64,000 nucleotides of DNA. Origin: Amoebophrya sp. A120 (taxonomy: Eukaryota > Protista > Dinoflagellata). The translations under genes and the position numbers were made by a program. The stretch spans positions 2,533,762 to 2,597,761 of the forward strand of contig CAJINV010000008.1 of NCBI GenBank assembly GCA_905178155.1, written 5' to 3'. The notes under the pieces are model-generated. The model ran no database searches. It was not told the origin of the DNA and worked only from the letters and a program-made list of their open reading frames with translations. Below, piece by piece: positions 50,685-62,069 of this stretch (positions within the stretch are counted from its first letter, which is position 1; each line of letters opens with the position of its first letter).

Positions 50685-51690
50685 GCGTTCCTGTGACTCG
50701 CCACGCCTTCGAACATCGAGAGCTAGGTCGATACTATGGAAGGGACGAAGTAGATGATCCAGCAGAAAGGTGCGCTGCCAACCCCGAACGACAACGAACC
50801 GCCGCCGCCGAAGTAACAGTAAGTAAAAAAATAATCTGAAGGCGCTGCAAAAGGTATAGATACGTTCACGATTCATCTCCCTTTTTCATCTGTGGGAGGC
50901 TCACAAACCACACCCCCGGCATGTGCAGGCGCTAGATGGGCCGCGGGCGCTTCGCGAGGCTGGTGGAAGTTTGCCTTTGCGCACGCTCGCTACCTACCCC
51001 ATCTGGGATAGCGCTTTTGAATTTGATGCGATTTATCTCTGCTACCACGAATCCCGGCGATAAATTTTTCTTTTTTCGTGTTTGGTTTTACCCTTGCACC
51101 GATCCTGGCTCGGCCCTTTCGCTGGCACTCTGTCGATGCGCGCGGCTGAACAGTAGTGAACCACCCTAGGCCTGTGAAAGCGAAAACTTCTAAGTATCAC
51201 AATCACAGCTCGAACTGCATTTTTTGCGTTGCAGACACTATGCTCAAAGTCGTCCTGCTCCCGAAGCCGCCCCCGCCGCGTGGGCCTAGATAATTTTCGC
51301 TAAAAGTGCCGGCTTAAAAGCGAAACAGGTCGGTTGATTGTTAAGACGAGGCCAGAACGCAATCCTAATAAGTTGATTCTCGTTCTCCGACCCATAAATA
51401 CTACTGGAACTGATACAGAGTTAGCGTGACCCCAAACAACTCCTTGAGTCTAATAGGCGCTAGGAGGACCAACCACGAAACCGCCGCGCCGAGCTGCCCG
51501 AGCGCTACTGCAAGTCTCACTCGCCATCAAGAAAATGGATAGCTCGCGCAACGCGCTTCAAAGTAAGTGGGAGATGAAAAGCCCCTGCAAAACAACCTTG
51601 TCCAAGTACGACAATGCATCACATGGGAGTAGATTGATAGGATACTAGTTTTCATATAAAAAACGCATATCCGTAGAGTAGCAGTAGCAG

Positions 51691-52518
51691 TCACGATTCC
51701 GAAACAAGATCACCCATTTTTCCTTCATATTTAAACCTGGACCTCACATCTTCCTTGACCTCCTTCACGAGAGCATCAACACCATCCATCTTCTGAGCAG
51801 CCATCTCGAAATCCTTCAACTTCATCTTTGTCTCGTGTTGTTCTTTGCTATTCTCCGTGCGCATTTTGCTATTCTCCATGCGCATTTTGTCCAGCTCATA
51901 ATTGATGTGCGCTTCTAAAGTATTCAAGCCCACTTTTGACGATTCGCTGATGATATTGGAACGCTCCATCACTTTATCCACGATTTTCAGTGTAGTTTCC
52001 ACCTGGGGCATTTCACGGGCAAGGAGACGGTCGAAATTCCGGTCACTGAAGCTGTCGTGGACCTTCACCTTGTGGTATTCCGTCCTCCCGTCTTCTAACT
52101 CTTCAAACACCTTCACATAGTAGGGGCTATGCTCGTAATTCATCCGGTCGTCGTCGTCATTCTGAAGGTTCACGTCATTTGAGGTGGCTGGATCTGAAAC
52201 GTCAACCACGGGGACTTCATGTTGTGGCCAAAGACCACCAAATGCACTAAATGCGCCAGCAAGTCCACTAAAAGCGCTAGCGATACCACCATCATGTTGC
52301 GACAGCACCCCGCCTTTGTCTTGTTGACGTTGTGGCGGGTTTTGCCGCTGGTGCAAGTTCCGCTTGTCTGCGTCCGGGGGATCTAACCGATTATATGTCA
52401 CGCCCGGTTGTTGTTCAGGGCCGCTCGTTTCTCTCGTCGCTGCCTGTACCCTGGGCCTAGAAGTAAGCCAAAACAACACACAGGGGGATACAAAAATGCG
52501 CACGATCGGCTTTCTCAT
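51691..52518 (-). CDS. Hypothetical secreted coiled-coil protein
   Basis: 275-aa uninterrupted ORF; hydrophobic N-terminus ending VQA; C-terminal heptads including a 21-bp tandem repeat (KMRMENS/KMRTENS). Confidence 0.6.
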   Translation of the reverse strand: MRKPIVRIFVSPCVLFWLTSRPRVQAATRETSGPEQQPGVTYNRLDPPDADKRNLHQRQNPPQRQQDKGGVLSQHDGGIASAFSGLAGAFSAFGGLWPQHEVPVVDVSDPATSNDVNLQNDDDDRMNYEHSPYYVKVFEELEDGRTEYHKVKVHDSFSDRNFDRLLAREMPQVETTLKIVDKVMERSNIISESSKVGLNTLEAHINYELDKMRMENSKMRTENSKEQHETKMKLKDFEMAAQKMDGVDALVKEVKEDVRSRFKYEGKMGDLVSES

Positions 52519-54654
52519 CTTCGTATGACACGTTGTTGTACACTACAACGGGGTCACGGCGCAGTCGCAGTTTTAGTAAAAGGAGGCACTACTACCGAAC
52601 GCTAGTTTGGTGAAGTGAGCGCTACCACAGGTTTTGAGTCCTCGACGACGATCCAAAATTACGGCCGCTTTTCTGAAGATGACGATATGAGTCGGCTTCG
52701 TCGGCTATTGTCTCCTCTTGCGTTGCCCAGCTGATGGAGTTGTGTTGGAGGAGACGTTCTTTTACATTTTTATTTCTTTGCTGCAGTAAAGGCAAAAAGA
52801 AAAACGGCTCGGACGAGTTACATGTAGGTAAAAATACCAGAATAGGCTCTTTGAGTTGGTAGGTTGCTTCACGATGTAATTCTAGTACCGGTATCAAATG
52901 GAGAGGACCTGCTCAGATTGACATTAGTAATGAAGAGTTCTCTTTAAATCGACGTTGATTTCCATTTCACGTACGACGAATCCACAACGAACATACATGT
53001 ATCATCAACGACAAGACCGAATCCAGAATCCTTGAAGACAGAGCAGAGAGAACGATCATGCTGTTGACACGACAAAAGCAAAACAACGTATCTTCCAAGA
53101 TAAAGTTTACCAGCATAACCGAGGAGCATCTCTTTGTTTAAGTTTTCTTTCAAACAAATCATTCACGGACGAAGCGATCAGAGGTACGAAATACCGAGAG
53201 AGCACCTCATAAGCGCAACACGATAAAAGCTAATTTGTAACGTAAACGAGAATTCGTTTACGAGGACGACGACAGAAATACAGGCAACAGAAGCGCCACC
53301 CATCCTCCTCTTCCTTGTGAACGACGACCGACGATTATGTATGGTCAATGACATCAAAGGCGAACACATTTTCACACCTTCCTTCTTCAGTGAAAACAAT
53401 AATGCCGTCATCGTACGACGAGGCAAGCCCAGGCTTGCACTTTTCTATGTGAAAGTGACCACTCGTCAGGCACTTTTTCTTCTCCCCAAAGGTCGCGGAC
53501 GGGGCGGGTTCGAAAATCTAGTCCAGTCGCTTACCATGCTTAACAGGTGTCAGAAAAGAATTGCAATTCCTCCACTTGTTCCTTGGAAGGAAGTAAGCCC
53601 TACTTGACCGTCCTCTTGTTGTAATCCAATAGCAGCACATGTCGACGAGAAGGAGAACATCAGATACTACTGATTCTTCGATCTCCACGTACTCGATTGC
53701 TAACGTTCCAGCACAGAACGCCGTTCCGTCGAGGAGAAGCGATACATACTGTAAGTCGTAACATTCGGAGCTAAGTAGAAGAGATCTTTCCTGCCTCTGC
53801 ATATAGTATTTCTTCTTGTTCGCGAAAAAATGCAACAGTACTTTTTTCCAGCAGCGAAGCGACAGTCTGCGCCCTGATCCTACGAGAAGCGGTTTAATAG
53901 CCGTCGAAGTTCGCCTTCTTGCATAGGGGTTTTATGCTGTCGTCGTGATACCCAAAAATTATTCAGGAGAAGTAATGTACTGTGATGAAAAGAAGGAAAT
54001 GCTGCTTAGCGGTGTTGGGAGGACAGAGCACAAGAGATCATCTGCTCTGTCACCTACACAAAGTGATCGTTGTAACAATTTTACAATGGATAAAGTGCGG
54101 CTAAAAGCAAATCTTCAAGTTCATCTGGGGGGCGGAATGTTTGTCTTGCCTGAATAAACGAAAGTGGTCTGTAGCGCTGGGGGGTGACACTCCTACATGC
54201 TCTGCTTGGGCTATTCACGGGTGTAGCTCCTAAGACTTTGGTACTCGTTCATAGCCCAGGACAACAATCATTCGCTCTTTTCGTTTTTGAGTAATATCAA
54301 TCCTGTAACAAAAAAATAGCTACAGGCATAGAAGTTCTTCAGGCGGGCGGGTAGTGCTTGATGAATTGCTCTGATTTTTGTGCTGCGAAAGAGATCTAAT
54401 AAAGCGATTTCTGGTATAATAAGAGACATACTTATGCGAAAATTGTGATGTTTTAGCTATTTGGTTCTGAAAAAGAGTGTCGAAAGAGTGAAATTGGATC
54501 TTTGCCAACGTAGTTCATCCAGATTTGGATCGTCTTGAAACCGCCGTGGCGAAACCACAAAAGAGAGTGGATCCGCCATTTTTCTTCTGTTCTTGCAAGG
54601 AGAAATTGAAAGTGCGCAACATCGAAGAAAAAGACGAGAAAAACCAAGAACAAA

Positions 54655-55386
54655 TTACTTGGCCATCATCATCTTGACGAACTCCTCGTAGTTGATCTGC
54701 CCATCACCGTCGACATCCGCCTCCCGGATCATCTCGTCGACTTCTTCGTCAGTCAGCTTCTCACCCAAGTTGGTCATCACGTGACGCAACTCCGCGGCGG
54801 AGATGAAACCGTTGCCATCACGATCGAAGACCTGTGGGCGTGTGCGACATCAAAAGTCGTTAAGGTTCAATTTCTTGTTATTGCCAAATCATGTTCAAGC
54901 CATTGCCATTTCAGCCTTGTTTTAAGTACTTATTCTTATTATAGAAATATCTGATTTTTTTTCATCAAAATCAAGAAATGTCAGTACCTTGAACGCCTCG
55001 ATGAGCTCCTCCTCCGTATCGGTGTCCTTCATTTTCCGGGCCATTAAGGACAGAAACTCCGGGAAGTCGATGGTTCCGTTACCATCGGCATCGACTTCGT
55101 TGATCATGTCCTGCAACTCGGCCTCGGTCGGGTTTTGACCTGAGTAATTTTTTTCATTTCCCTCGGATGCTCTACTTCGATACTTGCATGCCTAGCTAAA
55201 TCCATTTTCGAGCAAGTGAAAACATGCATTTTCATTTTTAGGTAAGAGGTGAATAAGCATGATACCCAAGGAGCGCATGACGGTTCCCAGCTCCTTGGTT
55301 GTGATGGTGCCATCGCCATCCTTATCGAACAGGGAGAAGGCCTCCTTGAATTCGGCGATCTGCTCTTCGGTCAGTTGGTCAGCCAT
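54655..55386 (-). CDS. CaM: Calmodulin, 149 aa, 3 exons (55386-55266, 55139-54988, 54831-54655)
   Basis: [26 protein letters not shown]...; four EF hands; two GT-AG introns; the exons sum to 450 nt. Confidence 0.98.
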
Positions 55387-56565
55387 TTTTGTTGTTTTTT
55401 TGTAAAAATTACAAAAAAGAGTTGTGTCGCTTTCGTGTGTGAGTAGAGAAAACTCCTACTAAAGTTTTGTGTTTTATTGCGGCGGAAAAAGTGAGGTGTC
55501 TGCGGGGCGGGACTACTTCTTATTTATTTTTCCTGGTGAATCATTTTCAGAAGAGCCACATTTCATCTGCCATTCAGATGGAAGAGAGAGGTCGAGTTGG
55601 TATACTGTACATCAATCCCAGTTGAGACCAGAGGAAGGTCGCGTTATACCTAGTCTAGGTTAGGGTTAGCCATTCGGTACGTGGGCCATGAAAATACTCC
55701 TTCTGTTTTTTCGCGTACGCTTTGCTTGTTGTGATAAAACTCACGTCTACGTACTTCTATTTTTTCGATTCCTACCGGAAACGTAGTTCATCGTTCTTGC
55801 TATCTTACGTCTTTTCTCGTGCGTTCTTCTCACCCGATTCGTGTTGTTTGTACGTTCCGACGTAGTGCTTTCTTGCATCATCTTCTTTGTACGAACCGAG
55901 TTGTTCAATCATCTCTCCGGATTACATGATACGTCTATGTGTAGTCTATCCGATGCTTCAAGGTTAATGAGATCTGAGGCTGGCGAGCATCTCGAACGTC
56001 AACGTCTACGGTTTATCGATAAGACCTCGTCCTTCTTAATTCATATCATCTTTTGATATAGTCCGAGTGCGACGAGTACGCAGGAGCAACCATATAAAGT
56101 AAGTAGTCAGCCTTGGACGATTATGTACAGCTTGACCATGCGCGATGCTCCAAGCCTATCATGTTTTTCATATTAAGTACTTGATTCAAATTCAATTGCC
56201 AACTACTCGCCGGCTGCCATTGACCAGGATCCGACGCTGCTGCAGTAAATGGAGGGCGCGTTGATGACCAATACTACACTAAATGTGAGTCCACCTAAAC
56301 AAGACTTCCTTAACCTCCCTATGTACTTTCCTAAATCAAAAACTAACATAAGGTCAAAACTGCCCGAAGGAATGCGAACCAATCGGGATGAGGATGCTGC
56401 TGTGCTGTAGTTCGAAGCGCAATAGAATCGGAACAAAAATCAAACGGATCGAGAGAAAAATTCACGTTCTTATGTTCCGCTCCCTCATTCCAGGGAAAAA
56501 TCTCGTCCCGGTACATTTGGGCTCAAAAGTACTCAACAAAATTTTTGTGTGATTTTTTCTTTGAC

Positions 56566-59500
56566 CTAGCTTCTCATAGGTCGGAAACAGTTGACAGCCT
56601 CCACGTGATTATTTCTAAATTCCTCTCCGCCAGTAGTCGTCCCCCGCCCTGGACAGAAGACCTTGGAGACACACTTCTTAAAGCGGTCGCGCTTTCGTCT
56701 CCGCTGATCGTTCCTAGTCGAGGTGTCTAGATTTCGATTGGAATTCATTTGTAGCAAGTACTCGTGCACATCCGGCGCGTGCTCGTACGTGGGAGTGCCA
56801 TCGTTGTACTGCACGACCGGGTTACTATTTTGGTAGAAATTTTTATTTCGTGTCGACGTGCCTGCGTCGTGTTCCTCGACCATGGTGTTTTTACCACTAG
56901 CAGCGGTTTTATTACCCTTCAGCCCCGCGGCGCTCCCCGGCGGCTCCACGATGATGACAAACTGCGACGGGTCGAGGTTCAGCGCACCAGCGCCGGAGCG
57001 ATTTTCCTTTTCCACCTCATCGTAATCATCAACTTCTGCTGCAGGAGAATGAAAGCTCTCCCTTCCTCCAAGGCCCGGGCTCACACTAGAGGACGCTCGT
57101 CCTCCACGGCCTGGCAACTGCAGGAAATAATTCCTGGCGTGTTTCTTATTCTGATTTCCGTCGTCGATGCACCTCCGACGTGCGTCTTGTTGTACGTGGT
57201 GCTCCGCGTCGTTCACCCGCACTTGTAGTCTATCTGCCCGAGTTGTACTTCTTACCATTTCGGGCGATGGCGGCGGTCTCATGGCTCGGGCAGGGGACCG
57301 AAAAAAAGACGTGCTATAATCTCTTGTCGTTTCAGGACCTGCTACTCCAGTGTTCATTTTCCGCTTATTTTCCCCGCCGCGTGGCGACAGCAGACTCCGG
57401 CTCTTCATGCCCGAAAATGACCAACTGAAATAACTTTTCTTGTTCTTACCTATGATCTTCGTTGTCTTCTTTTTATCTTCCGCACTTCTTGCATCTTCGC
57501 CGCAGTCAGGATTCGCATCGTGGTTCTCGTCCCCCAATTCATCTTCATGCTGACCACAAGAAGAACCTCCTCTTTTATGGTCCGTATTGGCTCCCCTCCC
57601 CCCATTAAACTTCGGTGGTGACAAGCTGGCCGCGGCGCGGCGGAGCAAATTCGACCCGTAAAACTTGTTGCTTCTCGCCGGTGACCCGGCACTTGTTTTT
57701 ACCGGGCTCGTCGTGGAGCTTCGCGCCCCGCTGCGAAACAGGCGCGACCGCCCGCCGCCTCCGACGCAGGACAGGAACGTGTAGCCTTGGCGCGGACTGT
57801 CGTATTGATCAGAATTGTCGTCGCCTCCTCGGTGGTCTACTTCCTCGTCATCCCCTGATCTCGAAGATCGTCTACTTCCATTACCATAACCACGACGCGA
57901 CCTGACTGGTTTAGCAGTGGTACAACTTCTGCCCCCTCCTGTGGACGAAGCCACAATCATGCTTTTCTGGTTTTGCACGTCAAGGTCCTCGAGCAAGTCC
58001 GCGTCGCTGGCCGCCGTGTCCTTCCGGACCGACTGAATGTCCAGTGCCTCGACGTGCTCCTCGTCGTTGAAGGAATTCTGCAAGTCGACGTCACGCACGT
58101 CAAAGTCGTTTTTCATGTTCCTGCCTGCATGGTGGTTGTGGTTCTCGTGGTTGACTAGCCCGTTGTAGTTCTTTTTGATTTTGTTGTGATTTTCATTATT
58201 ATTTCCCAAAAACACCGGCAAGACTACACTGGAACGAGTCTTGCGCGGACTCACACTGCCTTGATGTGCGTCGTCCTGCTGGTTCCGACCAGCAGAGTTC
58301 TTGTGCTGACCGCGGCTGGACTTAGATATTACACGCTCTCCCGACGACGTCCATCCGGTTCCGGGTGCCGTAGTTGCATCTCCTCTCGACCGTCGCGAGG
58401 ACGAACACGCGAGCATCATGTCCGACGCGGACACGCTGCTTCTGCGATGCGGCTCCAGCTGCGCTTGTTCTGGGTAAACGCTTCCATTGGCGCTCCTGGT
58501 TGGCGCCTTTGTAGTAATGCAGCTCGAGGTCGCGGTCCCGGGAACTGCCTCTGGTCCACCTCGCACATCATCAGCATGCTGCTCATTATCGCACATTTCG
58601 CTGCACGGATTGTAGAAAGCGTTCTTCTTTTCCAACTGCTTCAGCGAACGCGGGCTCAGGGCAGAACGAGAAATCACGGCCGAATCACCATTGGCCTCGC
58701 AGGCTCTGCTGTAGTTGTCCCCGGGTTCTACTTGCTGCAACTGTTTCATTTTCCCGAGAGGAGCTTCGCAACGACTAGGACCGAAAACATGATCATCGTC
58801 ACAGCAGTTCAAGAATTCGTCGTCGCGGTCCAAATCTTCGTACTTTAGCATAAACCGAAACCGCTCTTGGATCCTCGCGGACGCAGAAGGCGAGGGCCTT
58901 TTGTTAGAAGAAGCTGAATGCACGCCCTCCAAAGTTGCTGCTGTGGTTGTACGGTCAGTCGTCGTGCTAGCGCCGTTGTGCAGTTTCTTGGTACTTCCAT
59001 TCCCTCCGCGGGACATTGATCCAGCGCGAGTAGAAGACGTCGAGGGGGACCTGCGATGTTGAACCGAGCTAGAAGCAGAGGTAGATGAACTACCGACACG
59101 TGTATTCCCCCCACCGCCCCCAGCCGTCGCACCCAGGGTGAACTCGATGCCTCGCCAAACGCGGGCGCTGAGAGCGCAGTCGTCCAAGATGCGCTGTCCG
59201 TCCACGGTGAGCCGCACGGTTTTCTTCTTCAGACTGTGCGCGAGCTCGATCAGGCTGTGTCGGCGGTGCAGCCCCAGCCCGTACTGCACCTCCCAGGAGT
59301 AATTCACTTTCGCAATCAGCTCGATCTTGCTGGGGACGTCTCTCGCAAACTCCTCGTGCCAACTGTCGAAGGGACTGGCACCCAGAAACCGCCCAGCCAG
59401 GGGTTGAAGGGCCTCAGAGTGGTGCTGGTGGTGGTCGTGCCAAGGACCGTTTTCATCATTAGTTTTCGCTGGATCGCCGTGTTCTTGGTCCGCCCCGCAG

Positions 59501-61024
59501 CCGCGGCCGCGTCCGGAGCGAAAATCCGGGCGGCCGCTATTGTTCTCAGCACCCACGGTCGTGGAGCTGGTACGTACGAGCTGCACATCGGGGAAGACGT
59601 TGAACAGGGGACCACCCGAAGTCGTAAATGAACGCTCCTGATCTGCAGAATAATTCTGATCCTCCTGATCCATATCACGCCGGCGCCTCGTCGCAGGAGC
59701 CTGTTGCGGCTTCCCGACCTTGCTGAGCCGGATTTTCAGGGGGTTGCGCTGTAAATGTAGGTTGCCGCAAAAGTACACTACCTGAAATGTGTGCGTCGAG
59801 CGGGGAAGGTGCACGGGCACGAAAATCGTGTCCAAATCCTCCCACTGCCGCTCGTGCAGCTGCCGCACCACCAGGTCCATGCGATTCCGATGATCCGGTC
59901 GTGCTGCAGTGGCATTACCGCTACCTCCGAGATTGGTCTGCTCTCGTCCCTGCTCCCCTCCGCCGGTCGTTTTTGATGCAACTTGTTCCGCAGTATCATG
60001 TCGGCCTCTGTTGTGGTGGTGCAACAGCAAATTTTCTTCGAGCCACACCCGTACCTTCCTGGACTTCCTCGATAGCGTCGCGTGGATCAGAAACTCCGCA
60101 CAGACCACGGGTTTATTCTTCTCGACGTTGCTTAAAGTCGTCGCCTCTTGTTCTTTTTCGTGCGGAGGTGCCTTAGCATTTATTTTCCGTCTGCTACTTT
60201 TCGGCGCCACAAAGAAACGCTTTGCGGGGCTGCCTTGCTCTGGTGGCTTCGCCTTTCGCGCGGACGAAAACAAGGATGTGGCTGAGATCCTCCTAGTTGT
60301 GGTTTTGGTTTTCGTTGGTGAGACTGAGGAGCTCTGTGTGGAACTGCAATCAGCATAATAATTTCCAGCACCGCCGCGTGACGAGACCGACCCTGCTCGT
60401 CTTCTAGTTGTCCGCGCTCCTCCTGTCGCGAAAGAAGACGAAGAGGACGACGAACAGCTCTTATGCTTGCCATAATTCTGGTAGAGATACTTGTTTTCGG
60501 GCAGAACCAGCCCAAAGTCGGGCGAATGCAGGTCCCTCCGTACTTTGATCGTCCACTGGTACGCCGTCTTGCTCGTGCTCGCGAGCCGTCCCACGTTTTT
60601 GCTCTATCAAAAAGAAAAATCCCCCCTCCCCATATCGAAAACGAAATCTGTGGTGCAGTATCTGAGTACATCACAGATCGCATTTGTTTTGCTGGAGAGG
60701 ACTGCAGACCCATATCAGGCCTGAGTAGAGCGGCTTTGACTTAGGCGCTTAGCATGAAAAGCGTCCGTGATGTTGGCTCAACAGCATGACAAACCGGCTC
60801 TATAATGGGACGGAAGCTGCTGCCCTTGTCTTCTTGCAACACAAACGTGATTTGTGACCTCAAATCAGCAACGCAAATTTTCGAAAGCCTACCTCTTCAA
60901 TATGGGGAGGGGGGATTTTTCCTTGCGATATGCTCTCCTCCACGACCTCCAGCAGAGACGCGTCGCTCGTGCTGGTCTCAATGTGCTGGCGTCGACCAGA
61001 ACCACAGGCGGAAACGCCCTTCAT
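56566..61024 (-). CDS. Large hypothetical protein, mostly low complexity, with two short beta-rich N-terminal modules
   Basis: The 1342-codon ORF joins in frame to an upstream exon (VEES|KNVGRLAST) across 60605-60930. Start codon uncertain. Confidence 0.7.
60605..60930. mobile_element. TIR introner, family I
   Basis: Family I TIRs; perfect TSD TGCTC. Confidence 0.95.
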
Positions 61025-62069
61025 GTTAACGACGCCGTCGTGCCCGCTCTCGTGCTCTGCTGGACGAAAAGCCAAGGTTTTGTAGTAGATGCCGTGATAT
61101 ATTGCGATACTTTTCTTTTTCCATTTCCATGGACGGCTGTGTGTGCTGTTTCCATTTCCATGGACCTGGCGGCGCGTGTGTGTGCTGAACTTTGGCCTTC
61201 GAAGACCTAGAAAAATATTTGATCGTAAAAGAAGGAACTCATGCAAAAGTCAATGAATCAAGCAAGTCGCTTCAGAACCACTGAGACGAAAGCGAACACG
61301 AACAGCTTTCAACAAACTGACTGTCCAACACAATCAATGCATGGGACAGTGTGCCTGAGAAACCAAAGGAGCGCAGCACGGTGTAAAAGTCATGCTATGG
61401 TCGCACTGTAATGTATGAAATTATCACACCAGACACACTATGTGCTTTCCGTGAGCAGGCTACTTGCAATTAGCAAGGCACTACTTCAGTGAGCCGCGCT
61501 CACGAATCTATCTTCGAATCAAATGAAATGGGAAAGTATGGGGCATTGCCAGCATGGCTCTCCGATTTCCGTCGCAGACTGGGACTGCTGCATCAGGGTT
61601 CCTGATGCGGGGGAATTACTCAGGTCAGCGCTTAGGCTTCGCGTTCTTCGAACTTCTATCTTCAACAGGAGCATTGCCGGTGGCGTTCCGGGTCGTGCAT
61701 GATCTTCATCTTCTATTGCGCCGGTATAATAAATTCTTGCGGACCACCTCCAATCATATGAAGACCTTGCGTTCAACGTCCAAGTTCAATATCATTTCCA
61801 CACGGCAGGAGTCACTTCCGCAGCCACAACACCAGAACTCGCAGACGCAGTGTCTGACGTCCGGCTTTCATTCGGTAAGGTGTCGGTTGGTGGTGGCAGG
61901 GACGAACAAGCCAGACCCAAAGTTGATGTCGCTGTACTCCTAGTCCACCACCTCCTCGGGGGAGAATAAATGCTGAAACGCCGGTCAGGTGGTGGTCGGC
62001 GAAAGTATTCTTTGCTTCCTGTCGCCGATATTTTTACCACACGAAGAACCCGGCTACGTACTGCTTTAC

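Noticed and set aside
52600-54200. Fragmentary ORFs that might be a decayed gene or transposase
   Set aside because: Multiple stops and no recognisable motif; no call can be supported.
55655-55672. TTAGGG-like telomeric motif
   Set aside because: About two imperfect units; expected by chance.
56514-56529. Resemblance to the dinoflagellate spliced leader (CATTTGGGCTCAAA)
   Set aside because: Imperfect, short and on the strand opposite to the genes.
2112-60358. Long plus-strand ORFs (e.g. 6762-7655, 10277-11248, 38195-38947)
   Set aside because: Antisense shadows of GC-rich minus-strand exons; no recognisable domains.
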